Below, piece after piece: positions 19,315-29,244 of a stretch of 64,000 bases of DNA (within the stretch, counting starts at the first letter, position 1; the number at the start of each line of letters is the position of its first letter). Below the pieces are notes generated by a model. It was not told the origin of the DNA, made no database searches, and worked only from the letters and a program-made list of their open reading frames with translations. The DNA is taken from positions 1,492 to 65,491 of the forward strand of contig JBQTHV010000015.1 in the NCBI GenBank assembly GCA_052389555.1, read 5' to 3'. Position numbers and translations under genes: made by a program. The stretch is from Gemmatimonadales bacterium. GTDB taxonomy: Bacteria; Gemmatimonadota; Gemmatimonadetes; Gemmatimonadales; GWC2-71-9.

Positions 19315-20367
19315 ATGAAGCAGGTTCGGATGGCTGGGCTGGGGGCTGCCCTCGCGCTGGGGTGTGCGGCCACGACGCCCACCCCGCCCCCGCCGCGCGA
19401 CGTTCTCGTCGTTCTCAATGCCGGCGATTCCACCCTGAGTCTGGTGCCGGTACCCGGTGGCGGACCACCGGTGACCGTCCGGTTGGGCAACATCGGCGGA
19501 GTCCCCCGAGGACTCGCGGCCCGAGGGAGCCAGCTGCTGGTGACCACCGGAGGCGGCACGCTCGCGCGGCTGGATCTGGCGACCGGGCTCTCGCCGGTGG
19601 TCTATGGTCTTCCTCCCGAAGCGGGCGCCGGCGGAGCCGCCTTCGTCGATGACACGCTGGCCTATGTGACCAACCCCGGCACCGGGCGGGTGACCCGCTT
19701 CAACTTCCGAACCGGCGACACCGTGAGCGTGGCGGCGGGACAGGTTCCGGTGGCGGTCGCGCTCGCCCGAGGGCGGCTCTTCGTGGCCAATGCGAATACC
19801 GATCTCGGGTGCCCCTTTGCCGATCCCTGCCTGCTGGGACCGAGCTGGCTCACCGTCCTTGATCCCATCGCGAACACGGGGCTCGACTCGGTCCCCTTGG
19901 TCGGACCGGGCAATGCGATCGCGATGGAGGTCGGCGGCGACGGCTTGCTCTATGTGCTGAACGCGGGCGCGCGGGACGGGGCGAGCACCAGCGGCCGGGT
20001 GAGCATCGTGGATCCCATAACCCGCACCGAGCTGGGGAGCTTTGCCGGCTTCGGCGAGCTGCCGAACGGCCTGGCCTCGGACCGGCGCGAACGCCTCTTC
20101 ATCACGTCGGAAGAAGAAGGGCTCATGGAATTCAACACCCGGACCCGCCGCCTGGTCCGGGGAGCCGGGGCGGGCATTCCGCTTCAGGGCGCGGTCGCCG
20201 CCGCGGTGGACGGCACCGGTCTCATCTACACGGTGGAAGCGGGCTCGTGCTCCAATGTGTCCCCTGGGCGGGTCCGCATCTTCCGACCGGACCTCACCGA
20301 GCTGCGGGTGGTGCTCACCGGGTCGTGCTCGATCGCCGCGACGCTGGTCAAGCTTCCGCCGGAATGA
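19315..20367 (+). CDS. lipoprotein with YVTN-type beta-propeller repeats
   Basis: Lipobox LALGCAA. Repeated ..YVTN/FVAN/YVLN.. blades (AYVTNPGTGRV, LFVANANTD, LYVLNAGARD). Confidence 0.7.
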   Translation: MKQVRMAGLGAALALGCAATTPTPPPPRDVLVVLNAGDSTLSLVPVPGGGPPVTVRLGNIGGVPRGLAARGSQLLVTTGGGTLARLDLATGLSPVVYGLPPEAGAGGAAFVDDTLAYVTNPGTGRVTRFNFRTGDTVSVAAGQVPVAVALARGRLFVANANTDLGCPFADPCLLGPSWLTVLDPIANTGLDSVPLVGPGNAIAMEVGGDGLLYVLNAGARDGASTSGRVSIVDPITRTELGSFAGFGELPNGLASDRRERLFITSEEEGLMEFNTRTRRLVRGAGAGIPLQGAVAAAVDGTGLIYTVEAGSCSNVSPGRVRIFRPDLTELRVVLTGSCSIAATLVKLPPE

Positions 20368-20376
20368 TGCCGGGCG

Positions 20377-21135
20377 ATGCCGCCCATCACCACGACTGCC
20401 GTCATCCTGGGCGCGATTCCCTATCGCGAAACGTCTCGCATCGTGCGGCTGGCGACCCGCGACCTGGGCGTCCAGAGCGCGATCGCCAAGGGAGCCCTGC
20501 GGCCCCATAGCCGGTTTGGCCATTCGCTCCAGCCGCTGACCGAAGGGACCGCGATGCTCCACCTGGCGCGGAGCAGCGATCTCCACCTGCTCATCCAATT
20601 CGACGCCGACCGAATCCGCATCGGGTTGGCGGACCGCCTGGACCGCTACTCGGCCGCGGTAGTGCTCGCCGAGCTGATGATTCGGTTCGCCCCCGCGTCG
20701 CGACACCAATCGAGCTTCGAGCTGCTCCGCGATGCGCTCGCGATTCTCGAGGTGGCTCCCGCAGCCGCGGTCGAGCCGCTCGCGCTCCGCTCGCTCTGGC
20801 GACTGGTCGCCGTGCTCGGCTTTGCGCCGGCCCTCGAGATCTGCGTCCGGTGCGGAGCGCCGGTCGGCTCGAGCGGCATCTGCTTCTCGGCCCAGGATGG
20901 CGGCGTGTTATGCCAGCGCTGTGCCCGCGGAATCGCCGGGGCGCAACTCCGGCTCAGTGATCGAGCCGCCCTGGGCGCGTTCCTGGACCCGGAGGCCGAA
21001 TTGCCGGTCCTCGACGAGCGGCATCTCGCCGCCCACCGCCGGCTGCTGGAACGCTACATCCGGTACCACCTGGCTGAGGGGGCGGCGCTTCCGGCCCTGG
21101 CCTTCTGGGCCGAGCGAAGCTGGCTCGCGGCATGA
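20377..21135 (+). CDS. recO: DNA repair protein RecO
   Basis: N-terminal OB-fold pattern AVILGAIPYRETSRIV and Zn-finger CVRCG...CQRC. Confidence 0.9.
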   Translation: MPPITTTAVILGAIPYRETSRIVRLATRDLGVQSAIAKGALRPHSRFGHSLQPLTEGTAMLHLARSSDLHLLIQFDADRIRIGLADRLDRYSAAVVLAELMIRFAPASRHQSSFELLRDALAILEVAPAAAVEPLALRSLWRLVAVLGFAPALEICVRCGAPVGSSGICFSAQDGGVLCQRCARGIAGAQLRLSDRAALGAFLDPEAELPVLDERHLAAHRRLLERYIRYHLAEGAALPALAFWAERSWLAA

Positions 21136-22976
21136 TCATCGGCACCGCCGGCCACATCGACCATGGGAAGTCCGCTCTGGTGACCGCCCTCACCGGCCGG
21201 CGAATGGACCGCCTGGTCGAAGAGCAGCGTCGCGGAATCACCATCGACCTCAACTTCGCGCCGCTCGGTTTCCCCGGGCTTCCTCCGGCCGGCATTGTGG
21301 ACGTACCGGGCCATGAGGACTTCGTGCGCACCATGGTCGCCGGCGCGTCGGGGATCGATTTGGTGCTGCTGGTGGTGGACGCGGCGCAGGGTCCCCAGCC
21401 CCAGACCTGGGAGCATCTGGCCATCGTCGAGCAGCTCGGCGTCCGGCGGGGGATTCCGGTCATCACCAAGGCGGATCTCGCCGAGCCGGAGTGGATCGAG
21501 CTGGTCCGGGAGGAGCTGGGCGACCGCCTGGCCGGGTCGACGGTAGCGTTCGAGCCGGCTGCGGTCGTGTCGGCCCTAACCCGCCAGGGGATCCCGGAGC
21601 TCGCCGACCGATTGCGGGTTATGATCGAGACGGCCGCTGCGCCCCCGGCCGAGCTCGTCCAGGATGCGTTCCGGATGCCGGTCGATCGGGCGTTCTCGGT
21701 GGCCGGGGTGGGTACGGTCGTGACCGGCACACCCTGGTCCGGCTCGCTTCGGGTAGGGGATGCCGTGACGCTCCTGCCGGCCGGACGGTCGGGACGGGTG
21801 CGCTCGATCGAAGCCTACGGGGCCCCGGTGGAGCAAGCCCGGCCGGGCCAGCGTACCGCCGTGGGGATCGCGGGCCTCGAGCGGAGTGCCATCCGGCGGG
21901 GCGAGACCCTGGTGCAGAGCGGGGCAAACGGGAAGCTGGCCTGGCAGCCCACGACGGCGCTCGATGGGGAGCTCCGGCTGCTGCCCGCGGTTACCGCCGT
22001 CCGGCGCCAGGCGCGGGTTAGGGTTCACCTGGGGACGGCCGAAGTGCTGGCCCGAGTCTATCCGCGCGGCGAAGCCCGGTCGGGGACTCTCCTGGCCCGC
22101 CTGGCACTCGAGAGCCCGCTGGTGGCTCGCGGCGGCGATCGGTTCGTGCTGCGGAGCTACTCCCCGGTGACCACCATTGGCGGGGGCTGCGTGCTGGACC
22201 CGCTGCCTCCCCGTCGGGCAATCTGGCCCGCAGGCCTCGCCGCCGAGCCGATTGCCCGGCTCGAGGCCCTGGTGGTACGTCGTGCCGCAGGGGCCGCCAT
22301 CGACGAGTTGCCGCTCCTGCTCGGCTTGTCCCCCGCGAAGTGTCGCGAGGTTGTGAAGGGGTCTGCCACCGTTGCCACCATTGGGACGCGGGTCGTGAGT
22401 TCGGCCGCAGCCGGGGACCTGCGGGCCCAGGCTTTGGTTCTCGTAAAGGAGTATCACACTCGTCACCCGGACCTCCCCGGCCTTTCCCTGGAAACCCTCC
22501 GCCGCTCGCTTCGGGGGCCGGCACCGCTCATTGATGACGTGATCGATGGCTTGGTGCAAAGCGGTGAAGCGACCCTCCGCGATGGGGTCGTCTCGCTGCC
22601 AGGATTTCGTTCCCAGCTTACCCAAGATTCGGACCTGATCGCCCAGGTTCTGGCGAGAGTCGAAGCGGGTGGTCTGGCCCCACCGAGTGTCGAGGAGCTC
22701 GAGCAAGGGCTCGGTCGCCCGAACCTCGTCCCGGTGCTCCGTCACCTGGCTTCGGAGGGCCGAATCAAGGCCGTGGACGATGGCCGATACTTTTCCACAA
22801 AAGCTCTGGATGAGTTTGTTGAGGCGATTCGACAAGTCGCTCAAAAAGAACCAGTTACGCCAGCTCGTCTGAGAGATTACCTAGGGGTCAGCCGGAAGTA
22901 CCTTATTCCCCTCCTGGAATGGGCTGACCGCTCCGGCGTCACCAGGAGAGTGGGTGACAGTAGAGTCGTAATCTGA
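21132..22976 (+). CDS. selB: selenocysteine-specific elongation factor SelB
   Basis: GTPase motifs GHIDHGKS, DVPGHE and TKADL, plus a long C-terminal winged-helix extension (614 aa). Confidence 0.9.
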   Translation: MIIGTAGHIDHGKSALVTALTGRRMDRLVEEQRRGITIDLNFAPLGFPGLPPAGIVDVPGHEDFVRTMVAGASGIDLVLLVVDAAQGPQPQTWEHLAIVEQLGVRRGIPVITKADLAEPEWIELVREELGDRLAGSTVAFEPAAVVSALTRQGIPELADRLRVMIETAAAPPAELVQDAFRMPVDRAFSVAGVGTVVTGTPWSGSLRVGDAVTLLPAGRSGRVRSIEAYGAPVEQARPGQRTAVGIAGLERSAIRRGETLVQSGANGKLAWQPTTALDGELRLLPAVTAVRRQARVRVHLGTAEVLARVYPRGEARSGTLLARLALESPLVARGGDRFVLRSYSPVTTIGGGCVLDPLPPRRAIWPAGLAAEPIARLEALVVRRAAGAAIDELPLLLGLSPAKCREVVKGSATVATIGTRVVSSAAAGDLRAQALVLVKEYHTRHPDLPGLSLETLRRSLRGPAPLIDDVIDGLVQSGEATLRDGVVSLPGFRSQLTQDSDLIAQVLARVEAGGLAPPSVEELEQGLGRPNLVPVLRHLASEGRIKAVDDGRYFSTKALDEFVEAIRQVAQKEPVTPARLRDYLGVSRKYLIPLLEWADRSGVTRRVGDSRVVI

Positions 22977-23028
22977 GCCGAACGGACATGGGGATCTGCC
23001 GGGATGGCTGGGTTGGGAGGCATGGAAT

Positions 23029-23135
23029 GAGCTATCAGCTAACAGCTATCAGCTATCAGCTAGCCGAACTGTACCGTCCAAGGGACGAGCTGATAGCTGA
23101 AGACTGATAGCTGATAGCTGTTAGCTGATAGCTCG
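23029..23135. repeat. heptamer-periodic hairpin (AGCTATC / CTGATAG arms)
   Basis: 23029-23058 is the exact reverse complement of 23105-23134, a 30-bp stem. It lies 16 nt upstream of the clpB ATG. Confidence 0.9.
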
Positions 23136-23150
23136 TAGAGAGAACCGACC

Positions 23151-25787
23151 ATGATCAACCCCGATCGCCTCACCATCAAAGCCCAGGAGGCCTTCCGCGA
23201 CGCGACTATCCTGGCCACGGAGCGGCGCAATCCGGTCGTGAACGACGCTCACCTGTTCGGGGCGCTGCTGGCTCAGCCCGAGGGCATCGTCCAGCCGCTC
23301 CTCCAGAAGGCCGGGTTCAACGTGACGGCTCTCCGCGAGGCGACCAACCGCGAAATCGCGAAGCTGCCGGTTCAGGAGGGTGGACTGGGCCAGCCCAGCT
23401 ACAGCCGGGAGCTCAACCGCGTCTTCGACCGCGCCGATCGGGAAGCCAAGCAGCTCGGCGACGCCTACATCTCCACCGAACACCTCTTGATCGGCCTCGT
23501 GGAAGAGAAGGGAACCGCGGCTCGCGAGATCCTGAGCCCGCACGAGATCTCGGCGGATGACCTCCGGCAGGCGCTTCAGGCGGTGCGGGGAGCCCACCGG
23601 GTCACCGACCAGTCTCCCGAGGAGCAGTACCGGGCGCTCGAGCGGTTTACCCGGAACCTGACCCAGCAGGCCCGGGCCGGGAAGCTGGATCCGGTCATCG
23701 GGCGCGACGAGGAGGTGCGGCGGGTTATGCAGGTGCTCTCCCGCCGGACCAAGAACAACCCGGTGCTGATCGGTGAGCCGGGCGTCGGCAAGACCGCGAT
23801 CGTCGAAGGTCTGGCTCAGCGGATCGTGAGCGGGGACGTGCCCGAATCACTCCGCGATAAGGAGATCGTGGCGCTCGACATCGGTCAGCTGGTGGCCGGC
23901 ACCAAGTATCGCGGTGAGTTCGAGGAGCGGCTCAAGGCGGTGCTCAAGGAGCTCACCGCTGCGGAGGGCCGCTTCATCGTGTTCATCGACGAGCTCCACA
24001 CCATCGTGGGGGCGGGCGCCGCGGAGGGCGCCGTGGATGCCAGCAACATGCTCAAGCCCGCGCTGGCTCGGGGCGAGCTGCACGTGGTGGGCGCGACGAC
24101 GCTCGACGAATACCGGAAGCACGTGGAGAAGGACGCGGCGCTGGAGCGGCGGTTCCAGCCCGTCTATGTGGGCGCTCCGAGTGTCGCCGACACGATCGCT
24201 ATTCTCCGCGGGCTCAAGGAGCGCTACGAAGTCCACCACGGGGTGCGGATCACCGACGATGCGCTGATTGCCGCGGCCCAGCTCTCCGACCGGTACATCG
24301 GTGACCGCTTCCTTCCCGACAAGGCGATCGATCTGGTGGACGAAGCGGCCAGCCGGCTCCGGATCGAGATCGATTCGCTGCCGCAAGAGATCGACGAGGT
24401 GGAGCGCCGGATTCTCCAGCTTGAGATTCAGCGCCAGGCCCTGCTCAAGGAAAAGGACCGGGCCGGTCGCGAGCGCCTGGCGGCGGTCGAGGCCGAAATT
24501 GCCGAGCTCAAGGAAAAGTCCGGGGCGATGAAGGCGCAGTGGCAGGCGGAGAAAGCGGCCATTCACTCGCTGCAGGAGAAGAAGGCCCAGGTGGAGCAGT
24601 TGCGGCAAGAGGTGGAACAAGCTTCTCGCCGGGGCGACCTCCAGCGGGCCGCCGAGCTCCGCTATGGTACGGTGCCCGAGCTGGAGCAGGCGATCGCGAA
24701 GGAGGAGGCCCGGCTTGGCGAGATCCAGCAGCGCGCCCGGTACCTCAAGGAAGAGGTGGATGCCGAAGACATCGCCGAGATCGTGGCCAAGTGGACCGGG
24801 ATCCCAGTGGCGCGGATGCTGGAGTCGGAGCGCGAGCGCCTAACCCGCCTGGAGGACGAGCTGGGCCGCCGCGTGGTGGGCCAGCGGGAAGCGGTCGCCG
24901 CCGTGGCCAACGCGGTGCGGCGCAGCCGGGCCGGCCTCCAGGACCCGCACCGGCCGACGGGCTCGTTCATCTTCCTGGGTCCCACCGGCGTCGGCAAGAC
25001 CGAGACCGCGCGGGCTCTGGCCGACTTCCTGTTCGACGACGAGCGGGCAATGGTGCGGCTCGATATGTCGGAATACATGGAGAAACACTCGGTGGCCCGG
25101 ATGATCGGGGCGCCGCCGGGTTATGTAGGGTACGAGGAGGGCGGCCAGCTGACCGAGGCGATCCGCCGGCGGCCCTATAGCGTGGTGCTGTTCGACGAGA
25201 TCGAGAAGGCGCATCCCGACGTCTTCAATGTCCTGCTACAGATTCTGGACGACGGGCGGCTCACCGATGGTCAGGGCCGGGTAGTGGATTTCCGGAACAC
25301 CGTGCTCATCATGACCTCCAATATCGGGAGCCAGTTCATCGTGGATGCCGGCAACGTGGCTTCCACCGAGGCCTGGCGCGCCATCGAGGAGCGCGTGCGC
25401 GGCGAGCTGCGCAACTACTTCCGCCCTGAGTTTCTCAACCGGGTGGACGACATCGTGGTGTTCCGGCCGCTCTCGCGGCAGGATCTCGACCGCATTGTGG
25501 AATTGCAGATTCGGAGGCTCGATCAGCTTCTGGCCGAACGCCAGCTGGTGCTCGAGCTCACGTCCGAAGCGCAGCAGCTTCTGGCCGAGCGGGGCTACGA
25601 TCCCGTCTATGGGGCGCGGCCGCTCAAGCGGGTGATCCAGCAGCTGCTCCAGAATCCGCTCGCGATGGCGGTGCTCGACGGGAAGTTCGGTCCGGGTGAC
25701 CGGATCGTGGCGGACCGCGAGGGGGATCACCTCCGGTTCGAGCGCCAGCCGGCTCCGGTGCCCGCGGAAGCAGTCCCGAGTGCCTAG
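23151..25787 (+). CDS. clpB: ATP-dependent chaperone ClpB
   Basis: Clp N-repeat, two AAA+ modules ([16 protein letters not shown]) and a coiled-coil middle domain. 878 aa. Confidence 0.97.
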   Translation: MINPDRLTIKAQEAFRDATILATERRNPVVNDAHLFGALLAQPEGIVQPLLQKAGFNVTALREATNREIAKLPVQEGGLGQPSYSRELNRVFDRADREAKQLGDAYISTEHLLIGLVEEKGTAAREILSPHEISADDLRQALQAVRGAHRVTDQSPEEQYRALERFTRNLTQQARAGKLDPVIGRDEEVRRVMQVLSRRTKNNPVLIGEPGVGKTAIVEGLAQRIVSGDVPESLRDKEIVALDIGQLVAGTKYRGEFEERLKAVLKELTAAEGRFIVFIDELHTIVGAGAAEGAVDASNMLKPALARGELHVVGATTLDEYRKHVEKDAALERRFQPVYVGAPSVADTIAILRGLKERYEVHHGVRITDDALIAAAQLSDRYIGDRFLPDKAIDLVDEAASRLRIEIDSLPQEIDEVERRILQLEIQRQALLKEKDRAGRERLAAVEAEIAELKEKSGAMKAQWQAEKAAIHSLQEKKAQVEQLRQEVEQASRRGDLQRAAELRYGTVPELEQAIAKEEARLGEIQQRARYLKEEVDAEDIAEIVAKWTGIPVARMLESERERLTRLEDELGRRVVGQREAVAAVANAVRRSRAGLQDPHRPTGSFIFLGPTGVGKTETARALADFLFDDERAMVRLDMSEYMEKHSVARMIGAPPGYVGYEEGGQLTEAIRRRPYSVVLFDEIEKAHPDVFNVLLQILDDGRLTDGQGRVVDFRNTVLIMTSNIGSQFIVDAGNVASTEAWRAIEERVRGELRNYFRPEFLNRVDDIVVFRPLSRQDLDRIVELQIRRLDQLLAERQLVLELTSEAQQLLAERGYDPVYGARPLKRVIQQLLQNPLAMAVLDGKFGPGDRIVADREGDHLRFERQPAPVPAEAVPSA

Positions 25788-25818
25788 TCCCCCGCCGTCC
25801 CCGGAGGACCTGGCGGGA

Positions 25819-26247
25819 ATGCGGGCTGCGCTCGAGCTGGCCCGCCGCGGGGGTGAGCTCGGCGAGATTCCGGTGGGGGCAGTGGTGATGGGGGACGGGA
25901 CCGTGTTAGGCGAGGCGCACAATGAGTGCGTGGAACGGAAGGACCCTACCGCCCATGCGGAGTTGGTCGCCCTCCAGCGGGCTCTGGCGCGCACCGGGGC
26001 CGGACGCCTGACCGATGCAACCCTCTACGTCACGCTGGAGCCCTGCGCGCAATGCGCCGGGGCCATGGTGCTCACGAAGGTCGGCCGGGTGGTCTACGGG
26101 GCCACCGATCCGAAGGCCGGCATGGCGGGCTCGGTCGGCGAATTGCTCCGCCACCCCGCGCTCAACCATCGGGCCGAGGTGATCGGCGGGGTTCTGGCGG
26201 ACGAGTGCGGCGCCTTGCTCCTGACCTTCTTTGCGGGGCGCCGGTAG
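25819..26247 (+). CDS. tadA: tRNA adenosine(34) deaminase
   Basis: HAELVAL ... PCAQCAGA zinc-binding deaminase motifs. Internal ATG chosen; the track ORF overlaps clpB. Confidence 0.9.
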   Translation: MRAALELARRGGELGEIPVGAVVMGDGTVLGEAHNECVERKDPTAHAELVALQRALARTGAGRLTDATLYVTLEPCAQCAGAMVLTKVGRVVYGATDPKAGMAGSVGELLRHPALNHRAEVIGGVLADECGALLLTFFAGRR

Positions 26248-26313
26248 GGACCGTATCTTCTCCGGCCCCGATCCCATTCCGGATGTCGGGCTCTCTCTCC
26301 CGGAGCACTTCCC

Positions 26314-27132
26314 ATGTTCTCCCGACTCGCAACGTCCGCGGGCATGGTGGCGCTATTCACCGCACCCCTGGCTGCCCAACCGATGCCGGCCAGCCAGCCA
26401 ACCATCATCAGCATCGTTCGGGAAATCGAGAAACCTGGACATTTCGGCCCCCATCAAGAGACTGAGGCCCGGTGGGCCGACCTCAACCGCCGGAACAATT
26501 ACCCAACCACCTATCTCGCTCTGGTTGCCGTGAGCGGCGTTCCGGAGGTCTGGTGGGTCTCGGCGTACGATGGCCTGGCTTCGTTCGGGAAGGCGCAGGC
26601 TTTCGGGGCCGACAACTCGGCCTATTCCCAGGCCTTGAGCAAGATCGCCGTCGAGGACGCAAACCACATCAATAACGTGATCTTCACCCAGGCCCAGGCG
26701 GTTCCCGATGCCAGCTACGGGGCGTTTCCCGATCTCTCCAAGATGCGAGTGTTCTCGGTGTTCACCGTGCAGATGCGGCCGGGCATGGAGCCGATGTTCA
26801 CCCAAATCGCCCGGCAGTACGCTGCCATAATGAAGGCCAAGAATGTGCCGGCCAGCTGGCGGTCGTACGAGGTGATCGCCGGCGCGCCGGGGGGCACCTT
26901 TCTGGTGTTCTCGTCCTACCCGTCCTGGGATGCGGTCGAAGCCGAGCGCAAGGCCTCCATGGAAGCCTTTGCGGGCGCGAACCCTACCGATCTCGAGGGA
27001 ATGATGAAGGCCTCCCGCGAGGCGGTGGCGAGCACCAACGGCCGCTACTTCACCGTTAATCCGCGGATGAGCCTGGTTTCTAAGGAATTAGAAGCGGACC
27101 CGTTCTGGGCGCCGAAGAAGCCTACGCCGTAG
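26314..27132 (+). CDS. hypothetical secreted protein
   Basis: Signal peptide MFSRLATSAGMVALFTAPLAAQP. 272 aa, apparently two similar halves of about 110 aa. No motif recognised. Confidence 0.6.
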   Translation: MFSRLATSAGMVALFTAPLAAQPMPASQPTIISIVREIEKPGHFGPHQETEARWADLNRRNNYPTTYLALVAVSGVPEVWWVSAYDGLASFGKAQAFGADNSAYSQALSKIAVEDANHINNVIFTQAQAVPDASYGAFPDLSKMRVFSVFTVQMRPGMEPMFTQIARQYAAIMKAKNVPASWRSYEVIAGAPGGTFLVFSSYPSWDAVEAERKASMEAFAGANPTDLEGMMKASREAVASTNGRYFTVNPRMSLVSKELEADPFWAPKKPTP

Positions 27133-27139
27133 GACGAGG

Positions 27140-28573
27140 TTATCGCCGGTAGTCCAGCGGCGGCGGCCGGTCTCCCACGAGCGACACGTAGCGGAAGTCC
27201 GGCCCGCGTCGCTTCTCGAATTCCGCCCGGGCATCGGCGATCAGCTTCGGGATCGTGAAGAGATCTACCGCCGTCATCGCCAGCGTCTTGGCCGCGATCA
27301 CCATGCCCTTGGTGCCGATGCTCATCCCGCCCGCGGCGATGGCCTGCCAGGAGTGCGCGGGGGTTCCCGGCGCCCAGGTCGCGGCGCGCATGCCTTCGGT
27401 CGGCACGACCCAGCTCACGTCACCCACGTCCGTCGAGCCGGTGCCTTCGCGCTCGAACCCGAACGGCTCGATCCGGCCAGCGGCTTCGAGCGGCGGCAGA
27501 TTCGATCCCAGGGTGGTACGGACCCGCTCCGCGAACAGGCGTTCCTCCGGGGTATACTGCACCCCGCCGACCCGCTCCAGGTTGGCGTGCAACGCCCGCG
27601 CGAGGGTCTCGTTGGGAAGCAGGGCGTAAACCCCGTTGATCACCTCGTGCTCCACCTGCGTGTCCGTTCCGACGGCAGCCCCTTCCGACGCCTTCACGAC
27701 CCGGTTCCAGATCTCTCGGGCGGCTTCCGGGTTAGGATGCCTCACGTAGTAATAAACCTCGGCGAAGTCCGGCACCACGTTGGGTGCTTCGCCGCCCTTG
27801 GTGATGACATAATGGATGCGGGTTTCCTGGGGAACGTGCTCGCGCATCAGGTTGACCATGTGATTCATCGCCTCGACGCCGTCGAGGGCCGAACGGCCTC
27901 GATGGGGTGCCGCGGCGGCGTGGGCCGAGAGGCCATGGAAGCGGAACTTGCCCGAGATATTGGCGAGCGAGGCTCCCGGGCTCGCCATGTTGCGGTCGCC
28001 GGCGTGCCAGTGCAGTACGATGTCGACGTCCTCGAACAACCCGGCCCGCACCATGTACACTTTGCCGCCGCCACCTTCCTCGGCGGGAGTTCCGTAGACG
28101 CGGATCGTGCCGGCCCGGCCCGAGCTTTCCAGCCAGCGCTTGACCGCGATGCCCGCGGCCACTGAACCGGTCCCGAACAGATGGTGACCGCAGGCATGCC
28201 CGGCGGGCTTGTCCGGAATCGGATTCCGCTCGGGAGACGCCGCCTGGGTGATGCCGGGCAGCGCATCAAACTCGGCGAGGATCACGACCACGGGCTTGCC
28301 GCGGCCCGCAGTTGCGACGAACGCGGTTGGAATTCCCGCTACTCCGGCCTGCATTTCGAACCCGGCCTGCTTGAGGTGTTGTTGCAGGAGGGCTGAGCTC
28401 TCGCGCTCTTGATAGCCTACCTCGGCGAGGTCCCAGATCCGGAGCGCGGTGCGAGCGAACTCTCCCTGCTGACTGTCAATCCAGGCCGCGACTTGCTCCT
28501 TGCCCGATTGGGCAGCGGCATTGGATATCGCGAGCCCGGCGAACCAGAGTGTGACGAAGTGGCGGCGAGCCAT
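27140..28573 (-). CDS. M20-family amidohydrolase (AbgB/hippurate-hydrolase-like), exported
   Basis: Signal peptide, metal-binding GHACGHH motif and M20D dimerisation-domain pattern. 477 aa. Confidence 0.85.
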   Translation of the reverse strand: MARRHFVTLWFAGLAISNAAAQSGKEQVAAWIDSQQGEFARTALRIWDLAEVGYQERESSALLQQHLKQAGFEMQAGVAGIPTAFVATAGRGKPVVVILAEFDALPGITQAASPERNPIPDKPAGHACGHHLFGTGSVAAGIAVKRWLESSGRAGTIRVYGTPAEEGGGGKVYMVRAGLFEDVDIVLHWHAGDRNMASPGASLANISGKFRFHGLSAHAAAAPHRGRSALDGVEAMNHMVNLMREHVPQETRIHYVITKGGEAPNVVPDFAEVYYYVRHPNPEAAREIWNRVVKASEGAAVGTDTQVEHEVINGVYALLPNETLARALHANLERVGGVQYTPEERLFAERVRTTLGSNLPPLEAAGRIEPFGFEREGTGSTDVGDVSWVVPTEGMRAATWAPGTPAHSWQAIAAGGMSIGTKGMVIAAKTLAMTAVDLFTIPKLIADARAEFEKRRGPDFRYVSLVGDRPPPLDYRR

Positions 28574-28669
28574 GGGGGAAACTCCGGGAGTCGAATGGGG
28601 ACTGGCAAACCCCGGAGAATCTAGTACGGGCGAGCAGGGCGAGCAGGAGGAACGGGGCGAACAGGGATC

Positions 28670-28948
28670 TCAGGTCAGGTTGGTTCCGTCCGTCTCGATC
28701 GCCCGGTTCGTCTCGATCGCCTTATTCGCCTCGATCTCGCGCGCTCCCCAGATCGTGTGGGCCAGCGAGACCAGGAAGGTCACGGCGAACACGGCCACCA
28801 CAAAACCCAGGGCGGCTCGGATCGTCGGCGCGAATTCGCCTTGAGCGATGAATCCGGCGAGGCCGGCCGTCATCAGCACGAGAAGGGCAGGCCCGACTCG
28901 CCGTCGGCCGGATCGGGTCGCTTCGGTCATGTCGGAAGTCTCCTTCAT
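28670..28948 (-). CDS. small hypothetical membrane protein
   Basis: Two hydrophobic helices (PALLVLMTAGLAGFI, LGFVVAVFAVTFLVSLA). Internal ATG chosen. C-terminal IEANKAIETNRAIETDG repeat. Confidence 0.4.
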   Translation of the reverse strand: MKETSDMTEATRSGRRRVGPALLVLMTAGLAGFIAQGEFAPTIRAALGFVVAVFAVTFLVSLAHTIWGAREIEANKAIETNRAIETDGTNLT

Positions 28949-29244
28949 ACCCGATTCCAGAAAACACAAAAGGCGCAATCGAACATTCGATCGCGCCTTC
29001 GTCTCGCGGGCCAGAAGCGCCCCCGCGACAAGGTGGCGGCGTGTCCGCCATTTGATCACACGATAGCGACCGGTCGGGAGACGCGCAAGGGGGTGCGGGT
29101 ATGCACGGCCAGAAGCGTTTCATAAGGAGGAGGGCCGAGGCGATCGGGGTCGAGCTCCTGGCCGCGGAAGCGCCGGAGCGACTGACGGCGGCCTCGGCGC
29201 GGCGGCCGACAGGAACCCGGGCTCATGCCCGAAGGAGCGCGTAA

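Noticed and set aside
18184-20709. 841-aa ORF on the minus strand, the longest in the track. Similar long antisense ORFs include 11006-13474(-), 2628-4157(-), 4108-5181(-), 58767-60515(-), 55180-56676(-), 37057-38364(-), 42910-44001(-), 44249-45292(-) and 39865-40998(-).
   Set aside because: Each lies antisense to genes with clear family motifs (btuD/lipoprotein/recO, ptsI, argS, mutL and others). Their translations are Arg/Pro/Gly/Ala-rich with no recognisable domains. Stop-free antisense frames are expected at this G+C content.
28627-28666. gggcgagca gggcgagca ggaggaac ggggcgaaca repeat between the M20 gene and the small membrane ORF.
   Set aside because: Only two clean 9-mer copies, with no inverted partner. 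This is too little to assign to the heptamer-hairpin family with confidence.
28670-29059. Full 129-aa version of the minus-strand ORF, and overlapping ORFs 28722-29123(-) and 28757-29125(+).
   Set aside because: Only the C-terminal 92 codons (from ATG 28948) contain the two hydrophobic helices. The upstream part and the overlapping frames look non-coding. Even the short call is low confidence.
29101-29244. 47-codon ORF (MHGQKRFIRRRAEAIG...) ending exactly at the LigD-PE GTG start, considered as a Ku remnant or upstream partner.
   Set aside because: It has no SD before its ATG, Arg/Ala-rich composition typical of random high-G+C frames, and no similarity to Ku that I can recognise.
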